Positions 25,046-36,995 of a DNA stretch of 64,000 nucleotides are shown here, piece after piece. The notes below the pieces were generated by a model that was not told the origin of the DNA, did no database searches, and saw only the letters and a list, made by a program, of their open reading frames with translations. Made by a program: the position numbers and the translations under genes. Position 1 is the stretch's first letter; every line of letters begins with the position of its first letter. The DNA is from Octopus sinensis (taxonomy: Eukaryota), in assembly GCF_006345805.1 (NCBI RefSeq), contig NC_043001.1:85870001-85934000 (forward strand). Direction: 5' to 3'.

Positions 25046-26021
25046 AACAACAAACAAAATGAGGACAAATATCCATCGAATGTAATTAATGTAAATAATG
25101 TACATAATTCCTCATCTCTTGAATATAGAAATGTGGCTCATACATTCTCACCATGGTCCGAGGGTGTCTGGTGCATTAGGTAGCTTTATATATGCTTTCC
25201 ATGACCCCACAATCTTTCTTTTGTACATTAACAATGGGGAACCATCTGGAAAGCCAGTGGTGAAACAACTATATCGGCAGCTATTTGTAATACCTGTGAA
25301 TGTATTACTTTTCTGTATATGAGAGGTGAAAGGACGGAGTATGGCCTAGTGATTAGGGTGTTGCTCCCATAATCGCGAAGTTCGTTGTTTCAAATCTTGA
25401 GAAAAGTGTTCCAATTTTTTTTTGAGCAAATGATTTCATCTCATGTTACTCTGTAATCACTGCAGCATCCAATACGTGGTACACCGTTTACCTGTTAAGG
25501 CAACGTCGATTGGAGTGAGCCAATGTACAGCACATTCATTTGATCGCTTAAAAAGAATGATTTGTACAGGTTGTACAGCAACAAATTGCAGAACCGTCTT
25601 TCGCGAACTCCGACAGATTGCTATCATTATATCGGAAGCAACATATTCCGTTATGCATGTGGCTCACTGTAAGTGCACGTCATTGACAAAGCGAAACAAA
25701 GCCGAAATGCGTCTGGTGTTCATGTTGTCCACAACTGCAATGATTTTTCGTTTTCTTCCGATAGATACACCCGTATAGAAGAGAGTAGTACTCAAAAGAT
25801 TCAGCTTTAGACTCTGATGTCTTTACAGGGCATCATTCGACAATAAAGACACGGGCTATGAGAGGGATTAAGTTGGGCGGTATAGAGGCAGTTATGGGGA
25901 TTAACAAATTAGACACATCAAAAATATTAAATATATTAAATCCATACGGAAGTATTTAATATGTTAATGTTTGATGTGTCTAATTGTTTTATCAGCATAA
26001 TTGCCTATATATTTATACATA

Positions 26022-26335
26022 GGCGCATGGCTAAGTGGTTAGAGCCTCGAGCTTACGATCGTGAGGTTATGAGTTCGATTCCCGGACCGGGCTACGTGTT
26101 GTGTTCTTGAGCAAGACATTTTATTTCACGTTGCCCCAGTTCACTCAGCTGAGTTGCAACATCACTGGTGCCAAGCTGTATCGGCCTTTGCCTTTCTCTT
26201 GGATAACATCAGTGGTGTGGAGAGGGGAAGCTGGTATGCATGGGCGACTGCTGGCCTTCCATAAACAACCTTGCTTGGAGGGTAACTTTCTAGGTGCAAT
26301 CCCATGGTCATTCATGACCGAAGGGGGTCTCCTCC
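26022..26335 (+). mobile_element. tRNA-derived SINE
   Basis: ggcgcatggctaagtggttagagc A-box, gagttcgattcccgg B-box and ttgagcaagac core. Confidence 0.75.
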
Positions 26336-26819
26336 TATTTATATATACATACACATAGTATTTTTAAGCACAGCATGTCCGTAAGAAATTTTATCAGACT
26401 AAATTCCCAGTGATTTCCCTGAGAACAGTGTGTATACATTAAGTCTGATTCATAGATGGCTATTTTAATCTAATATTACTTCAGTTACATACTACAATTT
26501 TTTTTTAACCCAGGCATTAGTTGCAATACGAATGACTGTATTATTCAGTTTCTTATATCGTAGTTGACAGAACTCGTATAGGTATGTGGCAGGGTACTAG
26601 TAAATATCATTCAAATGTTTCAACAAGGCAGCAATGCATATGCCGTTCTCGTTCGCTACCGTTGCGTCGATTTGCTTGTTATCCAATATCTGTCTTCCTT
26701 TTTAAAAACAAGTCGATAGGAAATTTTACTGTAGACAAAAACCGCAGTAACTTGCCTCTCGCTGATGTATATACAACCACTATGATTCATGGACGACTAT
26801 AACTTCAATCTCGGGTTTA

Positions 26820-27040
26820 AGATGGTGAACAGGAAGAATGGTTACTGCGCTGGACAAAAATGCTTAACAGCATTTCTTCTGACTTAACGCTCTGAGTTCA
26901 AATGTCGCTGTCGTTGACTTTGCCATTTCGTCCTTTATAGTCGATAAAATAAGTACCAGCGGAGTACTGAGGTCGATCTAATCGACTTAACCCCATCCTC
27001 CGGAATTTTTGGCCTTGTGCTAAAATTTCAAACTAATGTG
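26820..27040 (+). mobile_element. Degenerate MetaSINE-like copy
   Basis: ctgagttcaaat...gactttgcc...gtcgataaaataagtacc core. Confidence 0.65.
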
Positions 27041-27139
27041 TTTATTGAGTTTTAATGTTGGTCTTAAATATAAGTAGTGCCAGGTCAACTCTAAAATAAA
27101 TAGCACAACCAACCGTTTCCTGAATTACAGCTGACCTTG

Positions 27140-27960
27140 AAAAGGAAGGAAAAAGAGGAAGACGAGTGGCGGAGGAGGAAGGATCATGGGAAGAAGAATG
27201 AGAATTAGAAGAAGAATGAAAATTAGGAGGGGTAAGGATGGTAGCAAGAAAAATGAGAATTAGAAGAAAAGTGAAAATGAAGAGGAGGAAGGAGGAGAAA
27301 GAGGAGGAGGAGTGAGGGAAGGAGGAGAAAGAGGAGGAGGAGGAGGAAGAAGAAGAAGAGGAAGAGGAGGAAGAGGAGGAAGTGGAAAAGGAGGAGAAAT
27401 AGAGGAGGAGGAAAGAGGAGGAGGGGAGAAAGAGGAGGAGGAGTGAGGGAAGGAGGAGAAAGAGGAGGGAGGAAGTGGAGGAGGAGGAGAAAGAAGGGGA
27501 GGAGGAAGTGGAGGGGAGGAAGAAGTGGAGGGAAAGGAGGAGGAGGAAGAAGGGGAGGAAAAGGAGGAGGAGAAAGAAGAGTAGGAGAAGGAGGAGGAGG
27601 TGGAGGAAGAGAAAGAAGAACAAGAGGAAAAGGTGGAGGTGGAGGAGGAAGAAGAGGAAGCAGAGGAAGAATGGAGGAAGAGGAGGAGGGGGAGAAGGGG
27701 AGAAGGAGGAGGAGGGATCATGTGAAGAAGAATGAGAATTAGAAGAAAAATGAAAATGAGGAAGAGGGGAGGAGGGTGGATCATAGGAAGAAGAATGAAA
27801 ATTAGAAGAAGAATGAAAATGAGGAGGAGGAAGGATCTTGGGAAGAAGAATGAGAAAAGGAGGAGAGATCACGAGAAGAAGGATGAGAACTAGAAGAAGA
27901 ATGAAAAGGAGAAGGAGGAGAAGGTGGAGCAAGAGGAGGGAAAGCAAAAGAAAGAGAGCT
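27140..27960. repeat. ~820-bp polypurine tract: ~55-bp minisatellite units interrupted by (GGA/GAA)n
   Basis: ggatcat.ggaagaagaatgagaattagaagaagaatgaaaat recurs about six times. Confidence 0.85.
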
Positions 27961-28348
27961 ACAACATCAACGGCGAAGAAAGCAGCGACATCAACATCAA
28001 CGTCACCGACTACGACTACAGCAATAGCAACAACAACAACAACGACGACTGCAAAAGCAATAACAGCAACATCACTTCCAACTTGATCAATTACTTTCTG
28101 GAGTTGTTTTTTTTCCCGGGGTCTTAAATTTCAACTGAAAATTCGTGAGTGATGGCCGGGTGTGACAGAGTCTGGTTCTATGTTATTAATGTGGAAGATC
28201 CGCTTTTGTCAGTTAAAAACCTTTCACGCCAGATTAATTGTTAGCAAATGGTGTCTTGTCAATTGATTTGGTGTACAGAAGAAATTGGTTCTCGCTGGTA
28301 TCTTGTTATAATACGTGTGTGTATTTGTATGCGTGAGAGTGAGTATGC

Positions 28349-28390
<42 letters not shown>

Positions 28391-28733
28391 TTGTGTATGT
28401 GTGAGTGTTGTGTATGCGTACGTGTGTTTTCTCGTTCGTGTGAGTGTGGCTATGTGAGTGCAGCTCTGTGTGTAAGCATGTGTGTATGTGTGTGTGTGTG
28501 TGTTTGCGTTTGTGTGTGTGCGTGTGATTGTGTGTGTATGTGTGAGTGCAGTGTGTGCGTGCGTTTGTTTTCTCGTTCGTGTGAGTGTGGCTATGTGCAT
28601 GCAGCTGTGTGTGTAAGAAGCGTATGTGTGCGTGAGTGTGCTTGTGTGTGCGTGTCTCAGGTTTAATCACGTAAGGCTATATATCATTTCGAATAGAAAG
28701 TGACTTATTGATTGTTGTTGTTATGTAAGATGG

Positions 28734-28771
<38 letters not shown>

Positions 28772-29039
28772 GTGGTAGTGGTGGTGCTGCTGCTGCTGCT
28801 GCTACTGGTGCTAGTGGTGGTGCTGGTAGTGGTTCTGGTGGTGCTGGTGCTGGTGGTTAAAATTATAATGACGATGTTGGACAGGGTGAAAACGACGACG
28901 GCGATGACGACAAACATGAAGGTAATGAAGACAACGATAACTAATAATGATGAGAATAAAGAGGATGAAAAGAATGATAATGGTGGTAATGATGGTAATG
29001 ATGCTCTCTGGAAAGTAGCGGGAAGGTCGATGGCCAGCT

Positions 29040-30010
29040 GTCCAAGGTAGCATAAAAGTACTCGGGATCAAAAACCTGCCAAGGTAACAAATCTTGCCCA
29101 GATAACATAAAGTTGCTCCAGGGAACATAATTCCGTCTCAAGTTACATAAAATTTCGTTTTGGGATTTGGCTTGCAACGTTCTTTATATGAGTTCGTGTG
29201 TTGAAGCATATTCTGTTGTGTCTGGGGAGAGTCATTTTATTTTTTGTGCCTTATAATTTAACACACTCACCGGTAAAATTTCCACTTAATCTTTATTTTC
29301 ATTTTCCTAAAATTTTCGTTGCGTCTTGCAACCTTTTCAATAGTCTTGACTCTTGAAAAGGTTACAAAACTATTAAAAGGGTTGCAAGGCGTAACGAAAA
29401 TTTTAGGAAAATAAAAATAAGAAATACATGGAAATTTTACCGGTGAGTGTATTACATTATAAGGCACAAAAAGAAAATTCTCTCCCCAGACAACAGAATT
29501 ACATAAAATTATCTTAAGGAATAAAGAACTGACTCAGCTAGTATAATCCTGTAACTACCAAGCTATATAAAGCTTACTCGGGGCACATTAGTAAAACCTG
29601 CCCCACAGAATAAAAACCTGCTTCATATAATATAAGGTCGTTCATGGAACATAAACCTACCCTAGGTAACTTGAGTCTGACCTGATAACATAGACATATC
29701 CCAAGAGACATACACCTGCCCGGGGAGCGAAAACCTATCCCAGGAGATATGAACATGTCTGCGTTACATTAAACTGCCTTGGATAACATAATGCTACCCC
29801 AGAAGAGTTAAAGCTCCCCTAGCTAACATGAGGTTGCTCATAAGAATATACAGCTGCCTCAAGTAACATAAACCAGAAAATATAAAGCTGCACCCCAGTT
29901 TGCATAAAGATGTTCAAGTGGCATGAAAAAGCCACCCCACCAAAGCATAAACATACCCTCTTCTCCGATAAAGTAAAGCTGGTGGCAAGTAATATAAAGC
30001 TGCCACAATT
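29040..30010. repeat. Degenerate ~19-20-bp minisatellite (approx. AACATAAAnCTGCCCCAGn) interrupted by a foldback element
   Basis: Recurrent acataaa..ctgccc.ag units at ~20-bp spacing on both sides of 29155-29498. Confidence 0.65.
29155..29498. mobile_element. Foldback element (~290-bp imperfect palindrome plus ~55-bp unpaired extension)
   Basis: Arms from 29210 (attctgttgtgtctggggagag...caccggtaaaatttcca) are mirrored to 29499. Direct repeat ttacataaaatt at 29143-29154 and 29499-29510. Confidence 0.75.
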
Positions 30011-31030
30011 GACAATGAGTCGGTTACTGTTATGTTACTTTCCTTGTTTTTGTTGGGTTTTTTTATTATATAATGGCTTGGCCAGATAAAGAAGGTCAGC
30101 AAATCTGATCCCCACTTTAGGGCCTCTGTAACTGCTGATAAATTTAACCTCAGGCCCGATACTTAGCCCGAATTTTCGCAGCGGAGTATAGCTAGACGGT
30201 GGCATTAAATCAGGTAAGCTCTGAATCAGGCCTATAATTAATCTATAAACAAATGCATTCTAGCCATGACTATCACGATTTATTTTTACACATTGTGTCT
30301 TGGACCGCACAATCTAATATAACATTCGATTTTTGTTATATTTTGTTTTTTGTTTTGCAAGACTATTTGACTGATATTTCCAGCAAGTGTAACGACACCG
30401 TTGAGACTTCCTTTTTGGCTTCTTGGTTACTGTTTGTGGAAGTAGTGTAGCAGTTTGCTGAATTGAGAGCGATCTGGACTAACAACCAGCCAGTCAGTGT
30501 AAAATATATTATGCTCTGTGTTTATCCCTCAAGGTCTCAGTGTTATTAAATGAAACCATGCAAATAAATAAATAAATAGATAGATAAATAAATAAATAAA
30601 CTAGATTAACAAACGTTATTTATCAGCTTTGTGACAAAGGCGAATCCAAAGATTGTTTTCTTTAGTAATACAATGCTAGTAAAAATATACGTTACAAATT
30701 TATGCATTAGGCGCACATTTTCCATCACAATCATGGTTAATTTAGGGGTGCTTATTATGCATGTTACTTGGGTGCAAATATTCCCCACCATATTTTAAGG
30801 GTAAAAATGTAAATACAATAATATAATAGCTCCCAGAAACATCACACGCATGATCTATGATGAATTATCACTGATGTGTCTGGTAACTTAAAGGTGGACC
30901 CAGACGGAATCGATCAAGTTTTGGTTTACATCCCAGAAAGAGCTAACTAATGTTCTGCCCACTTTATCCAATGCCATTTAGTGGTTATGTCAATTTTCAC
31001 ACACACTCACACACACACACACACCACACA

Positions 31031-31059
<29 letters not shown>

Positions 31060-31069
<10 letters not shown>

Positions 31070-31800
31070 TATATATTATGTATAGAAAATACAAAATGAG
31101 ACAAGAACGCAAAACATCCAGACAGGTGATACAAAAAAGGGACAACAAAACATCCAGATAGACGACACAAAGAAAACAAGGACGGGTCATCCGTAATTTT
31201 CTTTCCTCAGTCGAGTTCCAGATTATCTTTGCAATTTCGGCTGGTTATACTCGAGATTGCTCCAAGCTGGCCAGCCCCAAGGAAAAAACTAAGCTAAGAG
31301 CATTGGATTCCTTGGAGGAAAGTAGCGAATGTATACGAAAACAAGGACGGAAAAAAACAGAGAATGTTAGAAAATTACAAATAACAGAACAAAACAGCAG
31401 GTGTCTTTCGACTAAGAACGAATTAAATTAAGCTGGTGTGTGTGGGAGTAAAGCCTTCAGTATGGATACAAAATTTCACAGGCACAAGGAGGAATATAGA
31501 TGCTGCACGGAAGGCGACCGAACCAAGAAAGAAAGGTCAGGCTTGGCCGAACACCGGTTACATAAGGAGAGAAGAAAGAGAGGTAGAGGCAGAGGCAGAG
31601 AGACAGAAGAAATAAGAAGGGGCGAGAAAAACATGACAGGGGCACAGTGAAGTGAAAAGAGGAGGGAAAGTGAGCATGAAGTGAAGGAAAGGAAATGTGA
31701 GAGGGGGGGGAGGAAGAACGAACAGTGGAATGAACAAAGTAAGAGAGAAAGGGCTGATAGAAAGAAGGAAAGCATAATAGAAATAAAATAAAAAATGCTA
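31060..31800 (-). mobile_element. Probable 3' region of a retroelement (possibly Penelope-like), unclassified
   Basis: Pyrimidine-rich tract then unique sequence with internal direct repeats, ending in (TA)n. The layout resembles 32750-33590. Confidence 0.35.
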
Positions 31801-31952
31801 GAATCTGTAACGGCATTATATTTCTTTTTGCATTTTGAGTTCAAATTCCGCAGAGATTGACTTTACCGTTCATCCTTTAGGGGTTGAAGAAATAAGTACC
31901 AGTTGAACACTAATGTTGATATAATTTCAGGCTTTGTCCCTATAGCAGAAAT

Positions 31953-33592
31953 ATGTATAAGAAAGATGTCCCCTATTCCCAATTCCTCCGTCTACGCAGG
32001 CTCTGCAGTGGCGACCATGACTTTGAGACTCAGTCTCAACTCATGGCTCGCCATTTCATCCTACATGGATATCCCCTCACCACTATCCACACCACCCTTG
32101 CCAGAGCACGTTCCGTGGACCGTGCATCTGCTCTCTCCCTCTGCACCCACCCCGTCGTCTTCTGTGTCACATTCCCCCTCACCCACCACCCCACCACCTT
32201 ACCTCTCAACGCACGATTCTCCGAGCCTTCCGAATTCTCCAGTCCGACCCCTCCACTTTACACATCTTCCCTAACCGACCCCTTCCTTCCTTCAAACGAG
32301 CCCACAACCTACGAGACCTCTTGGTCCACAGCTTCTTCCCTAATCCAACCTCCCAACCCGGCTCGTTCCCCTGCTCTCGCCCACGCTGGCACACTTTCCC
32401 ATACCTCATACCTCACCAGCACCCATTATCGACCCTATCATATCACCGACTCCTTCACCTGCACTTCTACTAATGTCATCTACTGTATCTCTTGCTCTCT
32501 CTGCTCTTCTCTATACATCGGGCAAACGGAACGCCGCTTGGCTGACCGGTTCACTGAACAAGTCCGAGACATCCGACTCGGCAATGGCACCCTGGTGTCG
32601 CGCCATTTCCGCTCTACCGGTCACTCTTTGCAACATCTGTCCATGTTCGGATTGTACTTGCGCAGGGGCCACCCAGACTCCCGTTTTCCTCATGAACAGG
32701 GATTAATCTTCGCTCTTTGCAACACATGGGCTCAATTTTCCTCCCCTCTTCATCTAACTCTCCTCCCCTCTCCTCTCTCCCTTCCACGCCTACTTCCTCC
32801 CACCCACCTCGCCTCTCTTGCTCCGACTCCTACTTTTTTTTCATTCCTACTCTCCTTCTCTCTTCTCTTCACTCATAACCACTTTCTCCCTTCTCCCTCT
32901 CCCTCTATCGTCACACATCCTCGTAACCCCACTCTGCACAATCCCACCCCACCTTCCCTATCCATCTCATCCCACCCCATCCCATCCCTTACACCCACTC
33001 TCACATACCCCACCCTCAGCCTAACCAACACCCCACTCTTTCTTTCCCCATTCTCGCTCCCCCACATCCCAACGCCACCACACCACACACCACCACACCA
33101 TACACCACCACACCATACACCACCACACCATACACCACCATACCACACAACCCCACATCATATCACCACGCACACACTAGCACTGATCACTTCGCAGCCC
33201 CAAACCATCATCCACACGCCTACACATATATACACACACACACATCAAGGTCACCAACCCTCTTCCACACGCACATACATGCTCTATTATACGCACTCAC
33301 GCGCACCTTCATCTTGGGATCACCACTACTTTATTATCTCCCCTTCTTCCTAGCTCTCCAGTGTAACTCCTCTGTCCGGCATTCGCCATGATAGATCCCT
33401 AACCACTATACATTCTTTATTTTCTTTCCTTTCTTCTTTCTGTGTTCCTTTCTGTTGAAGAGCGTGGGCTCGAAACGGTAAATAATTTTTCCTTCCCGAG
33501 CGTTAAACTTATAAATTTTTGTGTTGTCTACACCATTTTGTGTTGTCTTCGTCTTTTGGGGGTTTCTTTTGTGAATTCTCCCTATATATATA
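31953..33592 (+). mobile_element. 5'-truncated Penelope-like retroelement (RT C-terminus + GIY-YIG endonuclease + 3' pLTR-like end)
   Basis: KKDVPYSQFLRLRRLCS...GYP (RT thumb) and FTCTSTNVIYCISCSLCSSLYIGQTERRLADRFTEQ...VSRHF...GH (GIY-YIG with C-C..C-C). The 3' end matches 49098-49260 and stops in (TA)n. Confidence 0.9.
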
Positions 33593-33601
33593 TCTCTCTC
33601 T

Positions 33602-35500
33602 CCTCCCGTCTGTCTTGATAGACAATGGGTCGCGTCAAGGGTGGGGCCTACTTTGATGATGAGCAGCGTCTGCTGTGACTGAACAGTCCAATTCTAGAGT
33701 GGCAGTCCCTGGTACAGTTGCTGCACACGAACATCGAGGGGTACGTGTGGGTGTTGCTGCTGCAGTTGTCCTCCTCCTGTCCCGCCTGTCCGACCACAGC
33801 TGTGCTCTCCTTTCCTCAGCCATGGAAACGCCTTTCCTCACTGTCCGACGCCAGGCAGAGCGGTCAGCGCAGCAGCTGTACCTCCCACGTGTCCACACAG
33901 ATGTTGGCAGTCCTCAGGTCGCGCTTGCACACATCCCTGTATCGTAGCTGTGGACGTCCCTTGGGTCGGGATCCGTGGTGAGTCCGCTGTACAGGATGTC
34001 TTTAGGCATGCGACCGTCCTGCATGCGGCAGACGTGTCCGAGCCAGCGCAGTCGTCTCCGCACGAGGAGGGCATGCATGCTTGGCATATTAGTCTGTTCT
34101 AGGATGACTCCGTTTGGTACTCGGTCCTCCCAGGAGATGCCAAGGATCCGTCGAAGACACCGCATGTGGAAGCCGCTGAGGCGGCATTCTTGCCGGGTGT
34201 ATGTTGTCCAGCTCTCGCTGCCGTAGAGTAGGGTGCTCAGCACGCAGGCTCGGTACACTGCGATCTTGGTAGTTATTGTGAGCATGTTGTTTTTCCCACA
34301 CTCTCCTGGAGAGCTTAGCCATGGCAGCAGCAGCACCCTCCCAATCCGTCTGTTCAGCTCCGGCTCGAGGGACAGGCTGCTGGAGACCGTCGATCCCAGG
34401 TAAGTGAACTCGTTCACCACCTGCAAGCTGTGGTCGCCGACACTGATGCGGACCCCTCCGACGTCCTGGCCCATGATCTCTGTCTTTTTCAGGCCGATGG
34501 TAAGGCCGAAACTTTGGCAGGCATCCGCCAGGGAGCTGACCAGCCTCTGGAGACCCGGCTGGTTGTGTGATGTTAGGGCGGCATCGTCAGCAAGAGGATC
34601 TCTATGATCAGCACCTGACGGACTTTGGTCTTAGCTCTGAGGGGCCACAAGAATTGAACAACCACCATCAGCCCTGGTGTGGAGGAACACTCCGTCGTCG
34701 GACGTCTGAAGGCATAGGACAGGACAAGGGAGAAGAAAATTCCGAAGAGCGTCGGCGCCAGAACGCAACCCTGTTTCACTCCACTCTGGATGGGGAACGA
34801 CTCCGAGGGCGATCCGTCAAACTGCACTGTTCCCTGCATACCGTCGTGAAAGGAGGTGATGAGCAGTCTGGGAGGGCAACCTATCCTACCCAGGAGCGCA
34901 AACAGCCCCTCCCTGCTGACTGAGTGGAACGCCTTAGCCAGGTCGATGAAGGCCACGTATAGGGGCTGTCTCTGTGCTCGACTCTTTTCTTGAAGCTGCC
35001 TGAGTGAGACGATCATGTCGATTGTAGACCTCTCTACCCTAAAGCCAGACTGAGACTCGGGGTACACACGCTCTGCAAGCATTTGCAACCTCTTCAGGAC
35101 CACCCTGGCAAATGCCTTACCGACAGTGCTGAGCAGTGATATGCCCCTGTAATTATTACAGTCGCTTCTGTCCCTTGTTTTTATACAGTGTGATGATGTT
35201 TGCGTCACGCAATATCCTTAGGGACAGAGCCCTCCTCCCAGCACTGACAGAGCAGCTCGTGGAGATGGCCCAGAAGGGCTGGCTTCCCGCACTGGATGAC
35301 TTCTGCGGGGATGCCGTCTTGCCCTGGTGCCTTGCCCCGAGCGAGTGAGTCAATTGCTTTGCTCAGTTCTTCCTTTGTTGGAGGCAGGTCAAGCTCCTCC
35401 ATGACAGGCAGAGCAGGAATGCCGGCGAGGGCAGACCTGGTGACCACATTCTCAGTGGAGTAGAGGTTCTGGTAATGCTCGACCCACCTCTCCATCTGCT
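33602..35500 (-). mobile_element. 5'-truncated, frameshifted RTE-clade (BovB-like) LINE
   Basis: MERWVEHY..., APGQDGIPAE, NYRGISLLSTVGK, YPESQSGFR, FIDLAKAF, GVKQGCVLAPTLF, L(F)ADDAAL broken by a 1-nt deletion near 34590, FTYLGS, LRWLGHV.RM. At least three frameshifts. Confidence 0.93.
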
Positions 35501-35507
35501 TATATAT

Positions 35508-35757
35508 TATCGTTTTCTAGTTTCAGTAATTAGACTGCAAACATGCCGGGGCAAAGCCTTCCAAAAGAATTTAGTCGAATAAATCAACCCCACTGTTTAT
35601 TCTATCGGTCTCTTTTACCGAACCGATGTTACGGAGATGTAAACACACCTACACCGGTTTTCAAGCCGTTGTGGGTAATAATCGCAGATACACACACACA
35701 CACACAAACAAACACACACACACACGCACACAGACACACACATACACACACACACAC

Positions 35758-35801
<44 letters not shown>

Positions 35802-35958
35802 ATATGACTCGCTTCTTTCAGTTTCCTCTACCAAATCCACTCACAAGGCTTTAGTGGGTCCGTGGCTATAGCAGAATACACATGCTCAATGTGTCACGCA
35901 GTGGGACTGAACGCAGAACCATTGGTTGGGAAACAAGCTTCTTACCACACTGTCACAT
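35508..35958 (-). mobile_element. Bipartite SINE
   Basis: Family of 14800-15250. Confidence 0.75.
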
Positions 35959-35979
35959 CAATATAATTTACATATTTTG

Positions 35980-36400
35980 AAAAAAGTCTTTCTAATTTAG
36001 ACGCAAGGTTGAAATTCTGAGGAAACGCAGGAAGAGTCGATTACACAAATTCTAGCACTTAGTTGCAAACTATTTTATTGACTCCTAAAATATGAATGGT
36101 AAATTGGCATCGGAGGAATTTGAATTCAGACGATAATTAGTAGGAAGAAATACCGCAAAATAATTTTTCCCGGCGTTCTTACTATTCTGCAAGCTCGCTG
36201 TTATAAAATATTGGTTTCACATTTTGGCACAAGACCAGTAATTTCTGGAGAGGGTCAAGTCGATTACATCGACCCTAGTGCTCAAGTGGCACTTATTTTA
36301 TCGGAAGAACGATATGGAAGTCGATCCTGGTGGTATTTGAACTCAGAACATAAATACCGCTAAGTATCTTGTCCGGTAACATGTCTGCCAGCACGCCGAT
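35980..36400 (-). mobile_element. Two degenerate MetaSINE-like copies
   Basis: gagtcgattaca and tttgaactcaga/tttgaattcaga motifs, each present twice. Confidence 0.55.
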
Positions 36401-36594
36401 ATACATATTTTATGAAATATTTTATGAAATATTTAAAAAATAATATATTGAATTTTGTTATGCTGATAGAATCGTTAGCCCTGCGGGCAAAATGCCTGAC
36501 GGCTTTTCATTGAACTCATCTTTGCCTTTCATCTCTTTTAGGTCGTATATGTGCCCCCCCCCCAGTGTTCTACTACAACATTTTTTAGTGTTTG

Positions 36595-36995
36595 GATTTG
36601 GATATTCGGCGAAAGCGACCGGTTCCGTGGAGAGCGAAGAATTGGAATCGTCACAACGACAATTCACCGAGCTCTCCTCACTCGTGAGTTTCTCGCTAAA
36701 AACAACATGTTATCGCTTCCAGGCCCGCCCTTTCTATCTCTTCTCCGCGATGAAAATACAGCTCAATGGTTGTTATTTTAACACCGTTGTCGAGATGAAG
36801 AGCCAACCGCAGAAGCTCCTTACTCGCTTACTGAAAACGACTTCCAAAAGAAGCACGAACACTGGGACTGGCGTACTGCTGCGCTAGGTGACTTCTTCGA
36901 AGGAAAGGATTTTGAAACATTGGTAAATAAGTTGGGTTTTTTTTTGTTTTTAATTAAACATATCTAGTCCGGGAAATTTTTGATACTCCCTCAGA
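36595..36995 (+). mobile_element. Mariner transposase C-terminal remnant with right TIR
   Basis: Frame-shifted IRRKRP..WRAKNW, HRALLTREFLAKNNMLSLP, FYLF..MKIQL.G..FNTVVE, LTENDFQ, GDFFEG. TIR-like ctagtccgggaaatttttgatactccctc at 36964-36994. Confidence 0.8.

Larger units (their letters stand above)
24502..25131 (+). mobile_element. TSD-flanked element: inverted 3' arm + tRNA-like head + (AAT/AAC)n + hammerhead-containing tail
   Basis: 12-bp TSD tgtggctcatac (24490-24501, 25132-25143); arms ~24510-24642 and 24959-25100; B-box gagttcgattcc at 24681-24692. Confidence 0.8.

Noticed and set aside
25140-25320. PTIFLLYINN resembling a CR1/L2 RT motif
   Set aside because: A single short motif with no flanking support.
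25443-25778. 111-aa ORF
   Set aside because: No recognisable domain or splice signals; GVSQCT is only a vague HTH-like similarity.
30121-30213. AG...CAG|gtaagc exon-like segment
   Set aside because: Stop codons in all three frames and no linked exons.
31190-31480. Hammerhead-like pieces (ggctgg..ccagccGAAA; CTGAAGG...GAAAG) on the minus strand
   Set aside because: There is no CUGANGA box correctly placed against stem II.
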